From contig CAZFPO010000006.1 in NCBI GenBank assembly GCA_964521105.1, positions 2,822-66,821 of the forward strand: a stretch of DNA of 64,000 bases, read 5' to 3'. Position numbers and translations under genes: made by a program. The DNA is from an uncultured Lentimicrobiaceae bacterium. GTDB lineage: Bacteria; Bacteroidota; Bacteroidia; Bacteroidales; WCHB1-69. Below, piece by piece: positions 58,181-64,000 of the stretch (its first letter is position 1; every line of letters starts with the position of its first letter). The notes under the pieces are model-generated. The model was not told the DNA's origin, made no database searches, and worked only from the letters and a program-made list of their open reading frames with translations.

Positions 58181-59260
58181 TTAATTTTTTCCATGAATGA
58201 TTTGAATACATTGATGCCAATAAAAAAATGCTGCTTTATTCGATTTTTTTAATTTATTAAGATGAATGTATCCTTCTTGATTAATCTGTAAGTCTTTAAT
58301 GTCAATGATTTCTATAAACTCAACTAAGGGTGTAAAATCGTGTGTTTTAAGTTTAGCCGCTAAAATAGCAATTTTTGCAGAGGCTTCAATAGCATCATCA
58401 ATACGAAAATTTCCATTAATAATAAAACTTCCAAACTTGGTTATTCCTAGTTTGATTTCATTAAACTTTTGTAGATTTTTGTCTTCATTTTTTTCTCGTA
58501 AAGAAATAAGCAAAGCTGTTTGAATAATGTCATCAAGTACATCTTCGCAACGAATGGATAAATTTCTATATGTTATTTCGTCATTTGCAATACTTCTAAA
58601 TGAATGATAGACATATTCTAGATTATTTGTTTTTCGAATCAATAAAGCCACGTCATATAATTGTTTTACGATTTCAAGTTCCTTGTGTTTAAAATAGGGA
58701 ACTCCAGTTGTGTTAGGTGAGAATGCTGTGAGTTTGTCGCCTAAAATTGAATTTATGGTGGGGATTAAAACGCTGGCTGAAGAATTTGTTGTATTTAGCC
58801 AGTTTGATTCTATTTTCACACCTTGAATTTTGGGGTACTTGTTTTCTTGAAACAATATATCCAGCAAAATATAGCTAGTGTTGTTGTTAAAATTTGAATT
58901 GTAATAAAAAAAGTAATGTGCTTTAGGAATTGACGCATTTTCGTAACTTCTTGCAGTATCTAAACTAAATGAATGAAATTCTGATGATTGTGTGATTTTT
59001 TCAAAAGTAACTTCTAGTTCTTTTCTGGTTTTTGTGCTTAAAATATCTACATCTACCGAAAAACGATTGCTATCTCCTAAAACAAGAGCCAGACTGGTAC
59101 CACCTTTAAAAATAAAATTTATTTCTTCTTGCACCAGACATTCAACGAGATATAGAGCAAATATCATTTTTTCGATTAAAGCAGGATCGCATTTTTTATA
59201 CTTTTCTTCGTTTTTGAAATTTAAAATCCAATCTTTTGTAAAGCTATTTTTGTTTATCAT
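58181..59260 (-). CDS. abiEii: AbiEii/AbiGii-family nucleotidyltransferase toxin
   Basis: 359 aa. FKGGTSLALVLGDSNRFSVDVDI nucleotidyltransferase signature. Its start directly abuts the stop of the upstream AbiEi-like gene. Confidence 0.75.
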   Translation of the reverse strand: MINKNSFTKDWILNFKNEEKYKKCDPALIEKMIFALYLVECLVQEEINFIFKGGTSLALVLGDSNRFSVDVDILSTKTRKELEVTFEKITQSSEFHSFSLDTARSYENASIPKAHYFFYYNSNFNNNTSYILLDILFQENKYPKIQGVKIESNWLNTTNSSASVLIPTINSILGDKLTAFSPNTTGVPYFKHKELEIVKQLYDVALLIRKTNNLEYVYHSFRSIANDEITYRNLSIRCEDVLDDIIQTALLISLREKNEDKNLQKFNEIKLGITKFGSFIINGNFRIDDAIEASAKIAILAAKLKTHDFTPLVEFIEIIDIKDLQINQEGYIHLNKLKKSNKAAFFYWHQCIQIIHGKN

Positions 59261-60040
59261 TTATATTAGACCGTTTAGTTGATTATTGAAGTGTTTTGTC
59301 AAAAAATCTTTTAGCTGCTTGTTTTTTTTTCGTCTTTCAGCATAGTTTAAAAGAGTTGAGAAATTAATGTTCAATGTTCTCAAAATGTTCTCAAAAATCC
59401 ATTTTTGTTCGACACCTGAATAGAGGTAAAACGTTTCATCATCGCAAAAAATGTCTACTAAAATTTTTTCTATGGAGGCATAGTTGATTCCATTATGATA
59501 ATCAATAGGCGATCTGGTAATGAGCGGTTGAATGATTATACTATTAGCAGCGGAAAGAACATATTTTTCGATTTGTTTTGAATCGACTTCATAAAACACA
59601 TTAAATCCGTGGTCTTTTAAAAAGTAAAAAACCGACTCGCATTGTTCTTTTTCGGTTTCAAGAATATAAAAGAATTGCATTGGAACATGATTCATATAGC
59701 TTGCAAGCCAAGCCGATGACCAAATGCAGTAATTTAAATCTCTGTATTTCGAAATAAACAATTTTTGAATTTTATCAATAGTTTCATCTTGAGGGAATTG
59801 AAAGTTAATTTTATTATTAATTACATATTTTCCCTTGGCTAAATCATGAATTAATCCTTTTTGTCGCCATCTAAATATCTTGATATTCAAGGCACTATCC
59901 GATACAAACCCCCCATAGCTAATCAATAAGTCTTGTACATCATGCTTTGTAAAAAACGTTTTTAGCTCTAAGGTTTCTAATATTTTTTTTTCTGTATTAC
60001 TCACTGTTTTTTTTTGCAAAAATAGTAAATTAACCCACAA
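59261..60040 (-). CDS. abiEi: AbiEi-family antitoxin/transcriptional regulator. Start uncertain (TTG 60040 or GTG 60004).
   Basis: 259 aa. N-terminal winged-helix-like segment (KKILETLELKTFFTKHDVQDLL...KGLIHDLAKGKYVI). Gene order and stop/start abutment (TAA ATG) are typical of abiE operons. No ATG near the 5' end. Confidence 0.6.
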   Translation of the reverse strand: MWVNLLFLQKKTVSNTEKKILETLELKTFFTKHDVQDLLISYGGFVSDSALNIKIFRWRQKGLIHDLAKGKYVINNKINFQFPQDETIDKIQKLFISKYRDLNYCIWSSAWLASYMNHVPMQFFYILETEKEQCESVFYFLKDHGFNVFYEVDSKQIEKYVLSAANSIIIQPLITRSPIDYHNGINYASIEKILVDIFCDDETFYLYSGVEQKWIFENILRTLNINFSTLLNYAERRKKNKQLKDFLTKHFNNQLNGLI

Positions 60041-60074
60041 TAATAATAAATGTGGTAAATAATACTTTATTTTA

Positions 60075-60253
60075 CTGCCATGTCAATGGACAGACAAATA
60101 ATTTGAAAGGGTGAGATGATAAAATTTCCATTTTAACCCTTTTGTTCCCTGAAGGGAAATGAAAATTTTATTTACATTACAGCAAATATCAGATACTCGT
60201 TGCGTTGCGACAAATTTAAAATTTACAGTTCGATAAACTCACTGCATCGCAAT
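60075..60253 (+). repeat. Structured repeat unit 4: hairpin A, B with short apex, full C box
   Basis: Hairpin CTGCCAT-GTCA-ATGGACAG (60075-60093). Arms at 60121-60139 and 60154-60169. C box 60207-60253. Its AAATTTAAAATTTACAGTTCGATAAACTCACTGCATCGCAAT run matches unit 2 exactly. Confidence 0.8.
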
Positions 60254-60316
60254 TACCAATTTGAAATTTACAATGTCTTATTTCGGTTTCGTTAATGGCA
60301 AAAAGTCCGTCGGGAG

Positions 60317-60324
60317 CAAAGATA
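60317..60324 (-). promoter_or_regulatory. -7 promoter box (TATCTTTG) pointing toward abiEi, with tandem AATTCGTAAAT repeats just upstream
   Basis: Minus-strand TATCTTTG. The direct repeat ATTTACGAATT occurs at 60348-60358 and 60361-60371, at about the -33 position. A second candidate box, TAAATTTG, lies at 60211-60218 inside the C box. Confidence 0.35.
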
Positions 60325-60393
60325 TAAAGCATACACATATAAATTGCATTTACGAATTGAATTTACGAATTATGTTTTAATAATAATTTTTGC

Positions 60394-60756
60394 TTATCTA
60401 TATTTACTTAATGCCCAACCAAAAAAGAAAATAGTAGCTAATAAGTAAACGACTATCAAGACTCCTTTTACTTGCCGTTTGCCATTTTCTTCTCCATCCC
60501 AACGCTGCTGGAATTTTTTTAAATTCTTATAGTTAAATAAGAAAACCCAGTTGAGTATCATTAGAGGTATTGCAATATAAACCCACGAATAAGTAGTCAT
60601 TCGTAATGAAAAAATGAAGTATAATAAGGTGATTAAATTAAACCCCTGAAAGAGAGTAACTAAACCACTTGCAAAAATATCAGGTCTTTGAGTTTCTATA
60701 CCAGATTTTATATAGATATTACTTATCCTGTAAAAAATATAATTAAATAAATTCAT
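60394..60756 (-). CDS. Small polytopic membrane protein, putative immunity protein for the upstream toxin tip
   Basis: 120 aa with 3-4 predicted TM helices. It starts 18 nt after the toxin gene stop. Confidence 0.5.
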   Translation of the reverse strand: MNLFNYIFYRISNIYIKSGIETQRPDIFASGLVTLFQGFNLITLLYFIFSLRMTTYSWVYIAIPLMILNWVFLFNYKNLKKFQQRWDGEENGKRQVKGVLIVVYLLATIFFFGWALSKYR

Positions 60757-60773
60757 GCTTAATGTGTTATTAA

Positions 60774-61994
60774 CTATTTAAATGGCAGTATCATAATATT
60801 ATATTGACCTTTTGCTACATCGCTATACCCTTCAGTTGCTTGAACATTATATTGAGCATTTAGCTTCATCAATGGCTTAGAAGCAAAATATATTCCTGAA
60901 GTGGCTGCTCCTGGCATTCCGATAAGACCAACAGCACCCATTCCAATGTCGAACCCGTATTCAAATTGCTGTGCAGGGTCATTAGTGTTGTCAAATTGAG
61001 CAATCGAAATGCCTATTCCCAAAACTGAAGCTCCTACACCAAGATATTTCATTCCATTTAAAAATTTCACATTACTTAAAAAGCTTGATTTTTGGGCAGC
61101 AACTAAGGAAGATGAAACATACTGATTCCCTTGAAATCCTAAACTCCAAGCTTTTAAAACACCATTAACATTAGCTGAAAATCTTCCACATTTTAGCAAG
61201 CTCATTTTGGAACTTAAATTACCAAAAGTAGTAATTGAACTGGTTGCGATACTTGCTCCACTTAATCCTAATCCTATATAATTCATTGCATCTGAATATA
61301 AAAATGGTGTTGCATTACCTCCTTGCATAGGCTTAATAACACGTCCTTCTCCCTCAACCCTAAATGTTCCTGCACCTGCTGTAAATTTAAAATTGTTGTT
61401 TTGTGATAAATTATCTTGTCGTGTAGTTTGTGTTTCATCGTAATTATTGAACAGTGCTATAATTTCTTGATATTTTTCAAAGTTTTTGTACACCCACGAA
61501 CCATCGCTGTTTCCAATAAAATTGGCTGTTTCGAATGATTCAGCTTTATATTGCCAAACTCTTCCGCTACCATCGGTATAAGTTGGGTCGCTGATATCGT
61601 TATAATGGGTATAGTAGGTATTTGGACCAGCAATATGCTCGTACCACGGATATAGCGCAGTATACCCACTCGGATCCACATACTTCAATGGATTATTTAA
61701 ACAATAGCTATAGCGGTTGTAGTTTTGGGAGTTATTTGGGTTTTGTAAAACTGGGTCGGGCGAAAGGAAGTTCATGGTCATGGGGTCGTAAACCCTACCA
61801 TATGTTGAGGCTTCGCCTCGATGTGCCTCACGCTCGGCATAGTTCAAGCAAGCTTGACTCTGCTCTCGCTTAATCGGCACGTTCATGTTAATCAATCCAA
61901 AGTTTGGTAAATGCTCATGACTGGTGTAACCTCTGTCGGTAACTGAACTTAAGGTGATGTTATATGAATACATTCTTGTCATAATTTTTATCAA
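60774..61994 (-). CDS. Orphan RHS/YD-repeat C-terminal tip with a glycine-zipper membrane-toxin-like domain
   Basis: 406 aa. RHS core end RGYTSHEHLPNFGLINMN...GRVYDPMTMNFLSPDP...NYNRYSYCLNNPLKYVDPSGY, then a variable domain with Gly/Ala/Ser-rich hydrophobic segments (GLGLSGASIATS, GVGASVLGIGISIA, GMGAVGLIGMPGAATSG). No RHS repeat body lies upstream. Confidence 0.7.
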   Translation of the reverse strand: MIKIMTRMYSYNITLSSVTDRGYTSHEHLPNFGLINMNVPIKREQSQACLNYAEREAHRGEASTYGRVYDPMTMNFLSPDPVLQNPNNSQNYNRYSYCLNNPLKYVDPSGYTALYPWYEHIAGPNTYYTHYNDISDPTYTDGSGRVWQYKAESFETANFIGNSDGSWVYKNFEKYQEIIALFNNYDETQTTRQDNLSQNNNFKFTAGAGTFRVEGEGRVIKPMQGGNATPFLYSDAMNYIGLGLSGASIATSSITTFGNLSSKMSLLKCGRFSANVNGVLKAWSLGFQGNQYVSSSLVAAQKSSFLSNVKFLNGMKYLGVGASVLGIGISIAQFDNTNDPAQQFEYGFDIGMGAVGLIGMPGAATSGIYFASKPLMKLNAQYNVQATEGYSDVAKGQYNIMILPFK

Positions 61995-62000
61995 AGTTAC

Positions 62001-62420
62001 CTAAAAGGAACCATAAAGAAAACCAAATATTGGTAAAGTTCCTAATGATATGATTATAAATATTATGGTATAAATATTTCCTTTTCTTTTTTGTTCATCA
62101 CTTTCTTTTACATATTTCAAAAAGATATCTTTAAATCGATTGTTTGACAAGAAATAAAAGTGGTTGAAAATACTATAAATTACAAACAATGTCATCATTA
62201 CCACTTTAAATTCAGGAAAATCATCAAGTGTAATATGGTTTTGTTTTGCTAAAGTTACTAATGGTAATATGAAAATAATTATAAACAAGGAAATAAAGGA
62301 AAAACTTAATGTCAATATAGCATCAATGTGAGCATTATCTTTTCTTGATTTTTTTCTTCTCCAATAACGATGTATTTTATAAAAGAGATAATCGTAAATG
62401 TCGGTTATTTTGATGTTCAT
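62001..62420 (-). CDS. Small membrane protein, orphan immunity-like
   Basis: 139 aa with a basic N-terminus and three TM helices. Sits in the toxin/immunity array. Confidence 0.4.
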   Translation of the reverse strand: MNIKITDIYDYLFYKIHRYWRRKKSRKDNAHIDAILTLSFSFISLFIIIFILPLVTLAKQNHITLDDFPEFKVVMMTLFVIYSIFNHFYFLSNNRFKDIFLKYVKESDEQKRKGNIYTIIFIIISLGTLPIFGFLYGSF

Positions 62421-62433
62421 TTCTAATTAAGTT

Positions 62434-62748
62434 TTAAACAACATTACTTTTTTTGTTTCTATTTCTAATATAAAACCAATAGTAGTAGAATATTAAGTAG
62501 ATAGCATTGAACATGAATAACATAAAAGTATGAATTGGATTTTTGCTGACTTTATGAGCATTAATAAAACAGTAAATCCATAGAACTCCAGAACCTAAAG
62601 ATAATAGAATATAAATAAGTTTAACCCAAAAGTGTTCATCAAAATATTTCAAGAAATTAAATCCTAAACCTGCAAGAAAAACAGGAGCCACAATAGTTAA
62701 GATTGCAATAATATTCATAATCCAAAATAAATCTAATAGTTTTTTCAT
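62434..62748 (-). CDS. Small membrane protein, orphan immunity-like
   Basis: 104 aa with three TM helices. Minus-strand -7 box TATCTTTG at 62800-62807. Confidence 0.4.
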   Translation of the reverse strand: MKKLLDLFWIMNIIAILTIVAPVFLAGLGFNFLKYFDEHFWVKLIYILLSLGSGVLWIYCFINAHKVSKNPIHTFMLFMFNAIYLIFYYYWFYIRNRNKKSNVV

Positions 62749-62799
62749 GGAACTTATAATTTAAAGTACAACAAATTATGAAAACACGTCTGTTTAATG

Positions 62800-62807
62800 C
62801 AAAGATA
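62800..62807 (-). promoter_or_regulatory. -7 promoter box (TATCTTTG) upstream of the 104-aa membrane protein gene
   Basis: Minus-strand TATCTTTG lies 51 nt upstream of the start at 62748. Confidence 0.4.
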
Positions 62808-62997
62808 TAAAGAATATCACTTAACTAAATTTGTTTTGGCAATGTTTTTTATAGCGAGATTCTTCATTTCATCCAGTTTTATTCAATAAAGCAAACTTTT
62901 GTTTTTTATTGGAAAGAGAGAGAAAAAACACGGTAATAGTTTTGAGAAATGGCAGTGGTTTAGAATGTTTGATTCATGTTACAAAAATAAATATTTT

Positions 62998-63537
62998 CTA
63001 GAAACGATAGTCTTCCGTTTTTACCAAACTCCCATTTTCATCCCAGTATTTCCATATTCCAATTGGTTTTCCATATTCATAGTAAAGTTCAGTTGCTTTT
63101 ACTCCATTTAAGTACCAAGTTTCGCATTTTCCATGAAAAACATTGTTTTTATAGGACATTACACTTCCAATCTGTCCATCTGGATTATAATATGAAACAA
63201 CGCCAGTCCCATTTTTAACCAATTGATTACCTTTAATATCCCAAAAATCTAACGAAACTAGGATGCCATTTTTAAATTCCTGAATTGATTGAATGAAACC
63301 ATTATCATAAAAGTAGTACCATATACCGGTCATTTGTCCATTCTTGTATTGACCTTTTGCTTGAATCTTGCCGTTCTCATAATAGGCTTTAGTTTTTCCA
63401 TCAAATTTTCCATTAAGCAAATGGTACTCTTCTTTTAATTTACCATTGCTATAATATTCTTGATGCTCATCTGTGTTGCAGGATGTTAAAAAAAACACTA
63501 TTATATACAATAATATATTATATTTTTGGTTTATCAT
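62998..63537 (-). CDS. MORN-repeat / YwqK-family immunity (antitoxin) protein
   Basis: 179 aa. Signal/lipoprotein-like N-terminus (FFLTSC). Repeated YYSNGKLKEEY, YYENGKIQAKGQYKNGQMTGIW and WYLNGVKATELYYEYGKPIGIW modules. Confidence 0.7.
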   Translation of the reverse strand: MINQKYNILLYIIVFFLTSCNTDEHQEYYSNGKLKEEYHLLNGKFDGKTKAYYENGKIQAKGQYKNGQMTGIWYYFYDNGFIQSIQEFKNGILVSLDFWDIKGNQLVKNGTGVVSYYNPDGQIGSVMSYKNNVFHGKCETWYLNGVKATELYYEYGKPIGIWKYWDENGSLVKTEDYRF

Positions 63538-63542
63538 ATATG

Positions 63543-64000
63543 CTATTTTCTGTTTATAAAAGGGTTATTGGGGTCAGTATTCATACCTTGCTTCCAACTA
63601 CTATATACTCGAATTTGAACATTAACTACACCACTTATTTGTGTGCTAAGCTGAAATGACCAATTAATTGGCAGATAATCATGCCTATAAAAGTCGAAAG
63701 CCTTTGATTGATATGGGAATAGTTGAAAGCTATAGGAATCTCCAGAATAAACCTTTTTTTTAAGCCCAATAAAACTTTCTTCATAATGAAAAGAGGTTAC
63801 GTCTTCTAAATCCAATTGTACTCCGAATAAATTTTTGTTTTCTATTTCAATTTTTACATGTTGACTAGCATTAAAACTAAATTTTAAAGGGTCTGATTTC
63901 CAATAACCGTCATAAACATAATTGTCAGCATAACAGAGTAATTGGTTTGTGTTTGTTAATCCATTATCATTTTTTTTCATCCTTTCTCCCTCAACACGAA
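63543..64000 (-). CDS. C-terminal part of a protein whose frame is open to the window edge. Possibly the toxin domain cognate to the YwqK-like gene, or a 145-aa protein starting at ATG 63980.
   Basis: The tracked ORF starts at 63980, but the in-frame codons upstream (..RVEGER) contain no stop up to position 64000. Beta-rich sequence. No family recognised. Confidence 0.35.
   Translation of the reverse strand, partial: RVEGERMKKNDNGLTNTNQLLCYADNYVYDGYWKSDPLKFSFNASQHVKIEIENKNLFGVQLDLEDVTSFHYEESFIGLKKKVYSGDSYSFQLFPYQSKAFDFYRHDYLPINWSFQLSTQISGVVNVQIRVYSSWKQGMNTDPNNPFINRK

Noticed and set aside
58070-58252. 60-aa plus-strand ORF
   Set aside because: It starts inside repeat unit 3 and runs antisense into the abiEii 3' end. 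It has no promoter or family support and is most likely spurious.
57550-60253. Integron attC sites or a CALIN cassette array
   Set aside because: Conserved paired ends with a variable centre and a toxin-antitoxin cargo are reminiscent of attC arrays. However, the stems do not carry the RYYYAAC...GTTRRRY core sites in the required order. A GTTAAAT occurs only in unit 2, outside the stem. No intI-like recombinase or attI is visible. This is kept only as a remote possibility, to be tested with IntegronFinder.

Overview
This is a 64 kb segment of a low-GC Bacteroidota chromosome, probably Flavobacteriia- or Cytophagia-like. The phylum call rests on a PorQ-like T9SS gene, a T9SS type-B C-terminal sorting domain, many TAnnTTTG -7 promoter boxes just upstream of genes, and a Bacteroidota-style dcw cluster. 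Most of the window is housekeeping: HU, RNase E/G, recX, prfB, GDP-fucose synthesis (gmd, fcl), korAB, mutL with two rhomboids, uvrB, nadK, nfo, lpxD, efp, the full dcw cluster from mraZ to ftsZ on the minus strand, and mtnA/aldolase/ahcY. prfB carries the classical +1 programmed frameshift, which the ORF track misses. There are two accessory regions. (1) At 31.1-36.1 kb, two tandem mosaic secreted paralogs sit beside a restriction-modification-like islet. The islet is a tightly coupled operon of a C5 cytosine methyltransferase, a 257-aa protein with a PD-(D/E)XK nuclease-like C-terminus and an 89-aa acidic protein. It is followed by a 367-codon endonuclease-like frame with no usable start codon. 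(2) At 57.4-64.0 kb, a non-coding array of about 230-250 bp structured repeat units brackets an AbiEi/AbiEii module. In these units a conserved long stem carries interchangeable apical modules. Next comes a polymorphic-toxin locus: an orphan RHS C-terminal tip with a glycine-zipper membrane toxin domain, several small membrane immunity-like genes and a MORN/YwqK-type immunity gene. I found no rRNA, tRNA, CRISPR array, transposase or integrase. The best candidates for something undescribed are the repeat array around AbiE and the methyltransferase-nuclease-small-protein operon. All family assignments come from motif recognition by eye and need HMM confirmation.
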